Below, in pieces: positions 1 to 13,120 of a DNA stretch of 64,000 nucleotides. This stretch comes from Gnetum montanum (lineage: Eukaryota; Plantae; Gnetophyta). The stretch covers positions 1 through 64,000 of the forward strand of contig MNCI01001382.1 in assembly GCA_015680685.1 (NCBI GenBank). The letters are read 5' to 3'. Positions within the stretch are counted from its first letter, which is position 1. Each line of letters opens with the position of its first letter. A model generated the notes under the pieces. It was not told the DNA's origin and searched no databases. It was given only the letters and a program-made list of their open reading frames with translations. The position numbers and the translations under genes are program-made.

Positions 1-1526
1 GTGTAGCTCATTGGGAGTGGCACTCCACCTCTGGATGAACTTTTGTACAGGTTCTAGAGGTGCTTGTTTAACCTGTATAAGGCTATCAAGTGTTGCTTCA
101 AGTTTCAAGTTATACTTGAACCTAGTCACGAATTGATATAACAACTCTTCCAGGGAAAAGATGGAATTTCTCGGCAAGGCCCGATACCAATTGAGTGCTC
201 TCCATGCGAGGGACATAGGGAACACTCACAAAATGGCATGGGGCCACGCTTGGAGCAATGCTCATTCTAATCTAAATGTTATATGGTGAGCATTGGGGTC
301 TGTTTTCCCATTATATTTAGTTAGCATGGGTAATGATACACCTTTAGGCAAGATTAGGGATGGAACGGAAGAGCTGATGGGGTCATCATGGTAAAAGTCT
401 ACTACCTTCAACTCTCCATTGACAGCTATTTTGAGGAATTTGACTTTGTCAATTAATTCCTGCATTAGTTTTTTAGCATCTGCCCAGTCTTGGGCGCTAG
501 GTGACATGGCAGCTTGAGGATGTGGTGCAGTGTATAGATTAGATTGTTGAATAGTAGGTTGGAAGGTTGAAAGCTGCGTAGTTAGCGGTTGTACTTGTGG
601 AATGTTCATAGCGGGTGGTACTAAGGGTGGCATATTGTAAGCGAGGGGTTGTTGTTGTTGTGGTTGTGTTTGGGGGATGTTGACCAGTGGCATTGTATGA
701 GGTGGTATGTTGTAGTGAGGGGGTTGATGTGGTTGAGCACCCATTGCCTAGTCATGTTATGTGTAGGAATCCCTTGAACTTGTTGAGTTACGGTGGTAAA
801 AGGGGCTCTGTGAGTTTGGACTCGGGGGATATAATGGGTAGATGTAGATGCCGGTATCACATGTAGCATCTCGATCACGTGAGGTGGGAAGGTTGCCCCT
901 ACATTATTTTGAGGGGGTTGCATTTGTAAGAACGGGGGTGCCGCTGTTACGGGAGAAATTGCAAGGGGAAGCGTGTTGACTTGAACATCGGTTGGTGGAG
1001 GAATAGGGATGAGTGCGGCTACATCTTGTTGAGGTGCATGCGCTTGCATGATGTTCAGTGGCTAGAGAGATGAAGTTTCTCCCATGAATGGGTGAAACAA
1101 CGAGTTTATATAAGTTTGTGGGCTAAGGGTGTGGTATGAGTCTTCATGTTCAAATTGGGCAGCGAACTCGTCCTCCTCTTCGGGTTGAGGGTTTACTACA
1201 GGCTGATCTAGCGATTGGCTCCTTTGCAAGAGGAGTTGTGTGATGAGCTCAAAGTAAGGCTCTGGGACAGGGATGATATCGTATGGGGAAGGAATGAACT
1301 CTTGTCCTCCCTTGTAGAAAAACTCGTATTGCCTTTTAACTTCTATTTTAGCTTGGTCCACAGCTAAGCCGGCTTGTATTTTCAGGCATATGAAGTTGTA
1401 TTGGTCTTGACTTATGATGTTAGATGATGGATTCCTTCCTTGCAACCTAAGGGATCGGCGAGGCCCCACTGTGGGCTGTGCCGCGGGCTGTTGGACTACG
1501 GGCTATTGGACAGCCATGGTGCCCAT
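1..1526 (-). pseudogene. gag: gag of element Y (Pro/Gln-rich N-terminus plus Retrotrans_gag-like core), with a few stops and one frameshift near 750
   Basis: ORFs 1062-1469 and 621-1049 are in frame across one TAG. ORF 262-744 ends PKGVSLPMLTKYNGKTDPNAH and reads on into FPMSLAWRALNWYRALPRNSIFSLEEL..QFVTRF, a typical plant gypsy capsid motif. Confidence 0.88.
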
Positions 1527-1649
1527 GATGTCGGTGACTTGGGTGGTTGTAGCAGTGGTGTTTGCGGTGTTCATGATGAGCAGTTGAGAATATGTGGTAG
1601 TGAAGGGATATGGAATTAGTGTGCTTAGTGCAACGTAAACCTATGTTCA

Positions 1650-2210
1650 TGGCGTATAGTGTATACACTGGGTCTCAGCGTATAGGCTTCAGCGTAGACA
1701 GCATGTACGTATGCAGTGTATAGTGTCAGTGTAGAGAATCTACGGCATAGAGTGTGCAGTGTATATGCTCAGCAGCATATACAGTGTCAGCATATAGCGT
1801 AAACAAGGTGACAATGTACAGAGTGTAGCGTATACAAACAGCAGCGTAAACGAGTTTTGGGTGTAGACAGGGTCTTGTATGTAGCATAGACAAAGTCTAC
1901 AGCGTAAAGTGAGTAGTGTATGTGTTAGCAGTGTGAACGAAGTTGTGTGTGCAGCATGGACAAAGTCTACAGCGTATATCGTGTAACATATATTCGGCAG
2001 CGTAGACGTTGGGGGTTTTGCAGATAGTCAGCATATGGTTGACCGTGTATACGCTGAGAGACTGGTAGATGGTAAGTTTTAAACGGGGCAGCATAGACGC
2101 TCAACAGCGTAGACGCTGGATGGTTTGTAGACAGTAATTTTTAACAGAGTAGGGTAGATGCTAGGAGGTTTGTAGATAGGGTCGGCATATACTCGATAGC
2201 GTAGACGCTA
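1650..2210. repeat. Leader repeat cluster CAGCGTAGAC/CAGCGTATA of element Y
   Basis: Recurrent cagcgtagacg, agcgtatac and cagcatatac motifs between the PBS and gag. Confidence 0.8.
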
Positions 2211-2245
2211 GGAGTTTTTCAAGCATAGTAAGTTTAAGGTAGAGG

Positions 2246-2262
2246 CCCTCCTTCTAGCGCCA
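2246..2262 (-). promoter_or_regulatory. Primer binding site complementary to the 3' end of plant tRNA-Asn(GUU)
   Basis: Minus strand TGGCGCTAGAAGGAGGG, 5 nt after the LTR-terminal CA. It matches the tRNA-Asn 3' end CCCTCCTTCTAGCGCCA (recalled from knowledge, not searched). Confidence 0.88.
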
Positions 2263-2267
2263 ATTTC

Positions 2268-3536
2268 TGTACCGTCCGAAATCGTCTGTCTCTGGCTAGA
2301 AGGAAACAAAAATCGGGGAATCACGGGACATGCACAGAAGACCCTACCTTCATCTGAGGGTGAGTTGGAATAAACAAAGGTAGAGTACCTTGGATGGTCC
2401 GCATGCGGATCAGGCAAGGATTTTCCCAAACGCACACCGAAGTGCTATACGCTGGGTTATACATGAATGGCGTAACAGGTGTAAAATAAAGCATAAACAA
2501 TGTAATTGATGTGAATGGAGCGTAAACATAAGAGAGCGCAAACAGAATACATGCAATAATTAATGCAAACTGTAACAGATTTTAGGAAGAAAATGTAACA
2601 ATGGCATTTCAAAATGAGAGTACAATGCACCGTTCTAACACAGTTGTGGATTTGACACAAGGCAGACGAAAAGCCCCAATGGATGCAGGAATGACTGTGG
2701 GCTGGTTCACACTATAGGCACAGCGTAGAGGCTATATGCTCAGCATATAGGGTTCTCCAGTGTACAAGGTTCTCTGCTCTGATTCTCAGCGTCTCTTCTC
2801 TGGTTTGCTCTAAAAATTTGCCAACCGACTTGGATCTAGTGAAAAATTGGGGCTTTTATACAGGTTTTGATGTTAGACTTCGGTTGGGTGACACGTGGCA
2901 TGTTGACCGGGTGCAAAAGCATAAAATTTACAAGTGTACAACATGTTACATTTGCTGGGCATATACGCTGTATCTGGTGGGCGTAGACTCTCGGTGTATA
3001 CGCTGGGCATGGAGGGTGTATACGCTAGACATGCTAGGTGTATATGCTGATGGACGCGTTGTTCGTCTGAATTACTGCCTTGTACCCAGTTTTTCTCTGC
3101 AATGTTGTTTTCATGTCATCTTTGGGGATTGCATGCCGGGCGCAAGCATCAGTCGTACAAATTGGATGTACTTGTGGGGTGTGTAGACTGGTCGTGCACG
3201 TTGGGCGTATACGCTGTGAACGTCGAGCGTATACGTTGAATGTATACGCTATGAATGTGAACTTTGAGCGTATACGCTGGGCATATACATTGTGAACTTG
3301 AGCGTATCCACTGGGCATATACGTTGTGAATGTGAACTTTGAGCATATACACTAGGCATATATGCTGAGAATGTAGACTTGGGCGTATACACTGAGAATG
3401 CATACTTAGTGAAAATTAAGCATCTGATCTCTGAAGTTGCCATGTTTGATACTAAATGTAGCTGTGGTCATCTATGGGTCCTAGGGATCTTTTTCTTGTT
3501 GGAAAAGTACTAAGCTCGAAATTTTTTGGTGTTTCA
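2268..3536 (-). repeat. 5' LTR of element Y (~1.27 kb)
   Basis: TG...CA termini on the minus strand, adjacent PBS, and a 3' end similar to LTRs of A (18640-18789) and F. Confidence 0.82.
2955..3400. repeat. Cluster of palindromic (A/G)GCGTATACGCTG motifs in the U3 of the Y LTR
   Basis: Many copies, e.g. gggcgtatacgctg and gagcgtatacgctggg, plus short tandem units tgtgaacttt/gagcgtatac. Confidence 0.85.
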
Positions 3537-3879
3537 CTATGGACATTCATAATCTTGTAACCTAATAATTTTTAACATAGCCAATGTAGCCATTCTTCAC
3601 AAAGTTATTTTCAACATTTATAATATTAAAACCTTAAAGCTAAAAAGTCATCAACAATGTATATAGCCAAAACTAAAACTAAAACTTAAAATTTTAAAAA
3701 TAATATATATAGATATACATATACATACATATATATAGCCATGGTCACACTATGTGGCATAAATGTCAAAAAAATAGACCATAAACATTAAAATTTATAC
3801 AACTCAAGCACTAGCCAATATGGACCATACAATGCCCAACATAAAATAAACCAAACTAAAGATCATTGGTAAAGACTAT

Positions 3880-6800
3880 CACATCATGAATCAAGTGGTA
3901 CTACCAGGGCATCCAAAGGGGGAGGAGATGGTTCATCATCATCATCATCATTGCCTATACCACTAGGGCCACCAACATCATAAAGTGCCTATGAAAAAAT
4001 AACACACAACTAATTAGGAACTAGCATAACCAAAACAATGGCATAAATCATGCAAGACTAAACCTTAAAATATAAAACATAAATGGCATCAAAATTGCAA
4101 GGAATCTAGCTCTACAAACTCTCAAAAAAGATGGTGAAGGCTAGTCTCCAAACATTGGAGAATTTGATCTTCCATCATATTTGTGCAATCAATATTCCCA
4201 AAATTGATGCCCATGAAGATGTTGGTCCTATTTACACTAATTCATGATGGAGGCTCTTGTGAGATTGTAGCTATAGAAACCTCATCTATAGCTATAGTAA
4301 TCTATGGGATATGATACTTAAATAATATTATAGTGCTTTCAAAGAGGTTCAAAACACTCTTAGCCTAGATGCCCTAGATAAATAGATCTCTCTTTTATCA
4401 TGCAATTGTCTCCGTATTCAACCACTTCAAGTATGCCTCTCAATAGGCCTTATACTTACACTTGTGATCCTTTTATGTTTTTCCCCACTTCAATATCAAA
4501 GCACCATAATCCTTTTAGTCATGTGTCTTTTAGGAGATCAAGTCCATCTACATCTGCTTCTCATGCAACTCCCGAGAAAGAGCAACCTTATCATGGATGG
4601 TGTACCAATAGAGGGTCCACATGATCTCCTTGGTTTGTAAGGCACCCAAGATATCAAATTTGTCTTCCATAAAGGCCTTATGTTCCTCAAGATCCTAGAT
4701 CCTCTTAAAGTTTTTTTTATTTTCCTATTTCAAGGGCACAACCTATTCCCATAGGGATTTGTTGGACCTCTAAATCTCCCATGAAGCTTTTGTGCATGAA
4801 ACCACTAGATCAGTGGTAGTTTTGTGTAACTTCAAGGGAACATCTAGGGTGTTAAGAGGAAGCTTATACAAGGAGTTAAACTCCATGTCTCAGGTCGATT
4901 CCCATGTAACTAATGGCATTGAAAAAATAACAAAAATATGACCATAAACATGATACAAAAGCTAAGGTAGCCATAGGATAAAACATAACCCGTAGCAAAA
5001 TGACCAAGGCATAGCAAAAAATGATTCATAATAATCTCAAATGTAACCTATTGTAACCAATCAATGATGTACGTTTCCATCCTATGCATGAATTCTATCT
5101 TGTTTAGGACCTCTACCCATGGTTTCATGTGAAACATGGATGTAGAGGCCTTTGCTAGTGGCTCAGGAACTATGATAAGCATAACAATCATTGGATGAGT
5201 AAGAAGTAAGAAATTAAACATAAAATCATAGGAAATAACAAATGAAGCATAGGCATACCTTGATTTTCTATTTTATCCTAATCACCATCATTAGAAATTT
5301 TGATTAGAGGCTTCCTAGGTAGTGTCTCACCAAACAACATGTCAAGATTGTCCATATTTTGCTACAAGAGTGCCTCCTCTACATGCCTTTGTTCCTCCTC
5401 TACCATGGTAGCTATGCATCTTCACTCCTCCTCCTTTGCACTTTTGTGTGCCTCCTCCAGTTTCCTTTATTCTTCTTCCATAGCAATAGCTTGGGGTACT
5501 TAGTTCCATTATTTAGCTATAACCATAACCTATTAGACAAGTTAGCATGTATAGCCATAGGACACAACATACCCAAATATATTAAGAGCATAGCTAGAGA
5601 ATACCTACAACTTCTTGGTTTAAGAAAGGGATCTTGAAGACATTCCTTTGCTTGGATGGTGGCTTTGTTGCTGGTGGTGCTTCCTTAGCTAGCCATTCAA
5701 ATGAGCCTTGATTACCCCATTTGCCTCAGCATGTAATCATTAGGTCCTTTTAATGTTTGCTAAGAATGTAAGAGGTGCCTCCCCCATGTTGTTAAGGGCT
5801 TCATAACAACTAATACTAAGGTTCTTGGTGGTCACAAACAATGAATCTCCCATGTTGTGTAGTGGGTTCTAAGCCTACATAGTTAGATAAATATGTTTTA
5901 TCCAAGGTTGGAAAAGTTGTTTTGGGTCCTGCCACATCCATGATCCATTTCTCTTTACCACCAAGAATTTTTCAAACCTCTTCAAATAGACTATAAAAAA
6001 TAGATAATGAATATGGGCTATCATAGAGGAGTCCAAAGAAAGTTTGAGGATTTCATCTTTGAGGCCTGTAGCTAAGGAAGCAGCCTAGTTAAAGTGAGTC
6101 CCCTTTATCAAGGCCTTCTTGAAGGTCCATCCCTATACAATTGTAACTACCTTCTTTTGCAACAATAATTTAGGAAAGGCCCAAGACCTGAATAAAGAAT
6201 AGGATTCCCTTACATCATGGTTCATAAATCTATCAAGAGCAAGTCCATAGTGGCCTTTGCTAATACTAAGCCACTTATTAATTCCCCATAATGGATGGCC
6301 TCCTTCATGGTTTTGGTGGCAAAAACTATCCTATCAGAAAGAACACCAAATAAGTCACGATAGTTGGCTACACTAATGGTAATGGCAATCAGCATGCCTC
6401 CCACTATGGTGCAGAGCACATTCACTCCTATGTCAGAAGAGTTGATAATGTTCAGAATTTCCATTGAAGAGACAATAGGGCTAGGCACCATGAATACCTT
6501 AAGCAAACGTACACATGTGATGTTTTCATGAATGTTCTAAGGTGTTTGTCCTCTCAATCACTCCTATGCTAGCTCCACCTTATAGAAATTTAGGACTAGA
6601 GTTTCTGTAGAATGTCGAGTGAGGGATATGGTGACATCTGCAAAAGTGGAAGGCCCTATAAGCAAAATACAAGTGCTTAGCATCAGTATAGGTATGTTTA
6701 GATCATAGAATACCTAATACCAAAATATCCATAAAACCTTAGTTATAACATAGAAAACCATTCCCTTTTTCATCTTTCTTCTTTTTGCTAGGTGAAGCTC

Positions 6801-7590
6801 ATGTGGGGCTCCTAGTAGTGATATCCATATCTCTAATGGCCTTGGGAGCTACCCACTAGTTGTGTGTTATTTTAGCAACCAAACACTTCTTATAAATAGG
6901 GTCATAGCTAGTATGGTATTCATAAACGTTTCCTCTTAGCTGTTCAAAAATGACATGCCTGATCTTGCAGCCTTTGGTGAATTTACTCAATTTAGTATGG
7001 GCTACCATCAAGGTTTGATCATTCTCAATCAAGCCTTATTCATTAATCCTATACCTACAATATGTGTGTAAAATTGACAAGGTAGGAATGATGACCAAAT
7101 TAAGTAAAGATAAACCACTAGAACCTATAGTAGTCATGCTTACCCTTGTAATTGGTACACAATGCTTGGAGGATTTTGGAATAAGGACTGAGCTCTTTAT
7201 GACACCATTAGAGTATTTTTCCTATTGTATCATGAATACTCTAGCAATTTTCAGATGCATGAAAGGTATGGTGCACTAATAGTATCTATTAGTTTTCCTG
7301 CTACTCTAGTCTTTGGATCATTGGTTATGAATCAAGCAACTAGACGTGCATACCTAGGCGATAGGGTCTCCACTATGATCTTGATCACATCTACAGACAA
7401 GTGTGACCACATCCTGATACTAACGTTTTGTAGAAGATAGGTGAGGAAATCCCTTTTTCTCATATGAGACCATAGTGACCCCTTTTCTAGGTCCATGTTG
7501 GGAAGAAGGGTGTGGGTTGTGGGTTGGTTGATATAGCATAGAATGTTGACCAACTCCACCACAATGAGAACTAGATTTAGTAGAACCTTG
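3880..7590 (-). pseudogene. Antisense multi-exon cargo gene(s) of element A: unknown N-terminal domain, env-like/plant-transposon-protein-like domain, predicted coiled coil, acidic tail
   Basis: Approximate exons 7590-7144, 7054-6770, 6660-5630, 5510-5260, 5173-5050, 4910-4120, 3990-3880. Peptides are conserved with B, C and D (WSHL, NTLMV..LFQNPPSIV, QLRG, PWVEVLNK.EFM, KEI.W..YW, DDDD.PSP). The GT-AG intron 7143-7055 preserves frame. Confidence 0.72.
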
Positions 7591-9499
7591 TAGAAGGAAA
7601 ACATGAATGTCATTATAACCACATTTCAACACTTGGAATTTCTTGACAAGTTTTATATGAAAAAATATCCTAATCTGGGGTGAAATTATCCCTTGTGAAA
7701 AGCTCTAAGATGTTTATTCAAATTTTCTCAAGAAGTTCCATGAAAACATTATTTCAACATTTAATAGCCTTTTCCTTTGTAGCAAAAATAATATAGCCAA
7801 AACATCATAGCAAGAATTATGCCTTAGTCCAAACCATGCACTAACTTAGAAAAAGCATTAAAACATAGAAAAAATAGCCATAGTATCAAAAAATTTACTA
7901 AAAATAGTAAAAATCTTTTTTTTTCTCATAAAACCAAATTCAAAACATAGTTTACATTTTTAGGCATCCCCAAGGGCATGGAATTTAAAAAAAGAAATTT
8001 CTAGGTATGTCAACCACATCCACCTCCAAAAGGAAAAAGTGCTATAACTAGAATTTAGCCTTATTGATACAGCTGTGATAAAAAATTTATTAAAAATTCA
8101 CCCTATATTTAATTTTAGTGATTCCACCATAAAAGGAATCCTGAAATGATAAAATTTTCAACCATGACCATTACAACAAAAAAAAAAAACATAACCATTT
8201 TTACATAAAACATAGCCAAAAATAACAACACTGTAGTCATAAGCCTAAAACCCCTTTCACGTAGGGTTGGGAAAAAATTCACCAAAATTTTGTATGGGCT
8301 CCAAAAAAACTGATTCCACCACCATTTGAAATCTTGAATCAAATCATATGAACTCATCTTTAAAAAAATTCAAAAATCTTGCCATTTATTCAAAAAAAAT
8401 TTAATAATTTGGATGACAATATGAAAAATGACACAAACCCTAATTACACAACTGAATTGAAATGATCATAACATAATCATTTTACATTTAAATCAAATGA
8501 AATAATAGCCATTAAAAAGATTAAAGGTAATCTTAAAAACTCATAAAATTCAATTTTACCAACATGTAGCCATTTTTTTAGCAAGAAATACACAACATTG
8601 CCTACATTATTTAATCAAAAGATCACCAATAAAACACATAACTTGTAAAGGCTAACTTAATCTAACCATCAATTATAGAAAAAAAATTTAAACCAACTTC
8701 TACCAACCACAAAATGCATCACAATAAAGGGGTAGGATTTTGTTAAAATTTAATTTAGACAAGTCCTTCACCCTTGTTCTAAGAGAAATGGCCCCATGAT
8801 CAAAGTTTTAGAAAAAGCACCAAAATAGCAGGGCTATATTCAAAAATCAACTCTACCAAGGAAAAAATAGCAAAATAGCTCTATATCTACGTGAAAGTAG
8901 CCAATACATGATGTATGATTTCATTAGAGTTCAATTTTATCAAGCCCTTTTGAGTAGATTTGACAAAAAAAAGCCTTTTCCAAGCGAACAAAACATAAAA
9001 TAGCTACAAAATCATGGAAAGGATCCTAGGGAAGGTAGATATCTTCTTGGTTTCCTCATCTAATGCCTAAATATGGGGATTTTTGTTGCTATGTTTCTTC
9101 ATCATGGTTGCACAATGTTGAGGAAGCTTGGAAACTGAAGAAGATTAAGGCTTCTATGTTGGCTAGCAGAAGATTTAAAGCTTCAACATTGAAGATAGAT
9201 GGTTCTTGTTGCAAAAAATTATGCTATGGATCTTCTCTAGTGAGATAAATGTTGGAATGATGATTTGTGATGATTGTTTGTAATATTTGACATTAAAAAT
9301 GAAGTAAACCTAACATTTCCACTCTTAGCCCCCTGTTGCTAATTTTCTGTATTAGAACTCAACATGCACTGAAGTCCAAGGGGGGGAAAGTATACTCCGC
9401 ATTCAAAGTACAAGAGGAAATAGTAATTACTCTTTTTTTTCTTAATTTTTTAAATTTTTAAGCCATGGCCCCCATCTTGCACCACCATACATGGTGTTT

Positions 9500-12430
9500 T
9501 GGGTTTGAAACTCTATCAACACTAGGGTTTTTACCCCTTGAATACTAAGAAACATGACCAAGTATTAACCCCCATGCATTCATGCTGGAGATGCCATGCC
9601 CAACATGGATACCAGCCTCCCAGCTCTTAGAACCATTAAAACCAAACTTTCTTGCTATATTTAGCAAATGTAGCTTTCCTCATGCAACCCCAAGCCTCAA
9701 AAGGGGGTTAAACATTATCAAAACTAGACATTTTGGGTTTCCATGCTAGGGTAACACTATACAACATGGAAGAAAGTGGCATAACCCTCATTATTATGCC
9801 CTTGTGCCCATCACACCTAGACCTAACCTCTAGAGTGGGCCCACATGACCTAGAAACCCTCCAACCACCCTTGGTAACCCTAGAACCTCACCAAACCTAG
9901 TTGAAAGTTATTGAAACCTTGGGATTTGGTGGTTAAATGTTGATGAAGGCCTCATTAATGATGATCATCCTAGCTCTAGTGTGGATGGATGGGGGGATGA
10001 CCAAAAGTACCTAAATTGATGACCTAGTTACCATATTTTAACCTCCATACTCATATAGCCTTCGATAACCTAGTTTTGCATTGAAATGAGTTGATTTTTT
10101 GTCTCACATGTTACCCCACACTGGTAAACCATCCCTTCACATTGCCCAATGTGGAGCTAGCATGGAGGCATAGAGGGTATAAAATAAAACCCTTTTCCAT
10201 AACCTCTTGTAGTCAATAACCTTCAAAACTTGAGTTGATTTTGGTATCGTAGACCTTCTTCACATTCAGCACCCTCTCTTCCAAGATGGCAAGCATGGAG
10301 CTAGCATGGATGCTCTTAGGATGTACCATAAAAATCATCACTATGACCTAAAATAGCCCTGTGACCATCCTCGATGACCATTAGACCTTGATGGAGCCTA
10401 CTAAAATCTTTAAATTCCTTGAAATTGGTCAAAAATATTAAAAATCCTTTCTTTGGAATCCTTCTAGTAGGTCCCAAAGTAGCTAGCATGGAACCATCAT
10501 GGAGGCAATGAGGTAAGCTATAAAACCATTGAAAACCCCTTGAAATCACCAAATCTTGATCTTAGGCCTTAACTATTGATGCGAACAACCTTGGAACTAT
10601 ACATGTATAGCCAAATGTGACCTAAAATAGCTAAAAAATTGATTCCATCTTATCTTCCTAGCTACTTCCCTGCTGGTAAGTCTGGAGCTAGCATGGAACT
10701 AGAGGGATTACTCTAAAAATAACCTAGATGAGCTCCAAATTGATAATTTTTTATCTTAAACCCCACCTATTGATCCTAGAAATCATAGGAGATCACATGC
10801 ATGGATGATTGAGGTTAAAATTGGTCCAGATCTAAGGTTTGTGATGCTTCCATGCTAAGGACCTCCTCCTCCATGCTATCCAACATGGAGGTAGCATGGA
10901 GACTAGAGAGGAGAATCATTTAGGACTCACAAAAAATTTAGAGTAACATTAGATGATCTTGCATGCACCTTAGAACCCTGTTGACACATTCTAGAGCCTC
11001 TAAACCTTAAGAAATTAATCAAACATAGCGAAACGTTGATCCCTAGAGATCTTCCTATCTGGTTCCATGCTAGCCAATGTGAAGCTAGCATGGAACTAAA
11101 GGGGAAACCTCTAAAACCCCTCATAAGCTTTCAAATCTACCAAATTTTCACTATAGAGTCTTATTGATAGCTATGGGAGTCACCAAATATTGTGAAACAA
11201 GCCTAAAATAGCCAAAAGTCAATACCCCAAGGTCTTCCACATTGAGCATCCCTTCCTCCATTCTAGCCAACATGGAGCTAGTGTGAAGATAAATGGGGCG
11301 ATCTCTAAAACCACTTTGAAACCCTCCAAACCACTAAATTTCGGCTCTAAACCTTAATATTCGATATTAGTAACCTTGGGAAGTGACATGCATGGTAAAT
11401 TTTCATCAAAATTAGCCTAGAACAAAATCTTTTGATTGTTCCAAGTTTGGCACCATCTCCTACACATTAGCTAGTGTGGAGCTAGTGTTGAGGGCCTACC
11501 TTTTGATCTCAGACAACAAATCAACACTCCAAGAGACCAAGATTCTACATCAGGGACACCTAAGACCTCATAGCCTCAAGATTGTATTTTCTCAACCTAG
11601 TTTTGGCCCTCAAATCCCATCCACTTCCTTCTTCCACATTGTTGAAATCCCCTTAGCATGGATCAAGGGGGTGTGACCTTTCATAGCCCTAAACAACCTT
11701 CAAACATGATCAAAATTACCCAAGAAGTTGGTAAATCAAGGTTTATAGCCCTAGGAACTTAGAAACTTGATTTATTTTCATCCTATATCATCCTACAATC
11801 AAAAGGCAAGAAACATTCCTCTAATCCATGCTAGATCCATGTTGGTTAGCATGGAACCAGTGTGGAGATTGCCTTAGGCCTTATTTAACATCTAAAACCC
11901 TATCCAAATTAGGCCAAAATGCAACCAAAAGATATAAAACTACCATATCTTACTTCCAACAGACTATGCAACATTGTTTGACCTTATTTTAGCTTAGTTT
12001 GGCATCCTCTACACTAAGACCCCTCTCCACCATGCTAGCAAGCATGGATACAGTGCATGTGCCTTTTAAACCTTCTTTTTGGATCATTTTGACCTCTAAA
12101 GTAATCAATTTTGACAAATCTAACCCTTTGCTACCTTGGAAAAGCTCTAGAACCCTAATTTCAATTATTTTGATGTTCTAAAACATGTTTTCCTTAGTCT
12201 CTACATTGGCTCCATGCTAGCCAACTTGGAAGACACTTTTTTGCTCAAGAGGGTGGTTATAGAGGTTGAAATAGGTGTCAAAAGTAGATGATTGCCTTCC
12301 CTAGTGAACTATGTTGACATGAAAGGTAGATAAGTTAAAAATTAACTAGAGAAAGCCTTGAAATCCTCTAGATGTTTTCTCCACATTGAGAAACATCCAT
12401 TCCATTTTGGCCATCATGGAAGTAGGGGCT
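9500..12430 (+). repeat. Degenerate tandem array, ~190-200 bp period, motif TCCATGCTAG...CTAGCATGGA
   Basis: Motif recurs at ~10151, 10294, 10479, 10682, 10883, 11078, 11271, 11474, 11653, 11845, 12037, 12220 and 12410. Confidence 0.8.
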
Positions 12431-13080
12431 CCTTATGTGGACACTTCAAAATGATTGATTTTTCAATCCAAACAACCTAGAAATACCCTTGATTGATGTC
12501 CAAACTCATTCATAACCCTTGATGCCTAAAAACATGGCTTGTGAAGGCCTAAAACTATCAAAACCTAATCCTTTGTTTATCCATATTAGCCAAGTTTCAA
12601 CATATGTAGCCTATTTGTCTTGGTTTGGCCTTGTTACATGATGTTTTGACTTATTTTTAATCTTTTGTTGCATTGTTGACCTTCTAGACCTAGTATGGCC
12701 CTTATATAGCCATAGATGTTCTTTATGTTCCTTATTATAGTGTTATTTTTCTTTTTTAGCCTTTGATTGATATCAAATAATGGGATTTGGCCTTCCATAA
12801 CCACCATTTAACACCATGTAACCATGGCTCACTAAGATCTTAAATAGGCATCATGGCTTGGTAAGGCATAAAACTGGAAAAACTATAATCCTTGTTGATC
12901 ATTTGTAGCCTTATTTCACATACTTTCATTTGTTTGACCTTTATTTGACCCTTATTGCATCTTTTTTGCTCGTTTTTGCTCTATTTATAACCTTGGATTA
13001 CCTTGTTTGCATTAGAATAACATGTATTTGCATAATTTTATAGCACTCTAGCATTTTTTATTCATATTTACCCATGTGTC

Positions 13081-13120
13081 ATTTAATGTGCTTTTGGTTG
13101 ATATGTAGGATCAAACTATG
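13081..13120 (+). promoter_or_regulatory. Putative splice acceptor and start of the RT exon (A)
   Basis: T-rich tract, TTAAT branch-like motif, AG at 13107-8, ATG at 13118. The same geometry occurs at 31988/31998, 39755/39765 and 53249/53259. Confidence 0.7.

Larger units (their letters stand above)
1..3536 (-). mobile_element. Element Y: 5' part of a comparatively young Tat-clade Ty3/gypsy LTR retrotransposon (5'LTR, PBS, leader, gag), running off the window start
   Basis: Minus strand reads LTR (TGAAACACC...GGTACA), tRNA-Asn PBS, then gag. CpG is retained here, unlike the rest of the window. The LTR start matches that of element A at 17345. Confidence 0.9.

Noticed and set aside
2246-2262. 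tRNA-Asn sequence
   Set aside because: Only the 17-nt 3' end including CCA is present, next to an LTR. It is a PBS, not a tRNA gene.
2955-3400. CRISPR-like appearance of regularly spaced palindromic motifs (also in the ~180-bp arrays)
   Set aside because: The repeats are short and variable, the intervening sequences are related to each other, there are no cas genes, and the context is a eukaryotic LTR element.
2818-3443. Overlapping ORFs on both strands
   Set aside because: These are by-products of the palindromic LTR repeats, with low-complexity repetitive translations.
3703-3737. (TA)n/(TACA)n microsatellite
   Set aside because: Short, ordinary simple repeat in AT-rich spacer sequence.
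3880-7590. Host gene interrupted by transposons
   Set aside because: Homologues occur at the same position in four retroelement copies, so it travels with the element.
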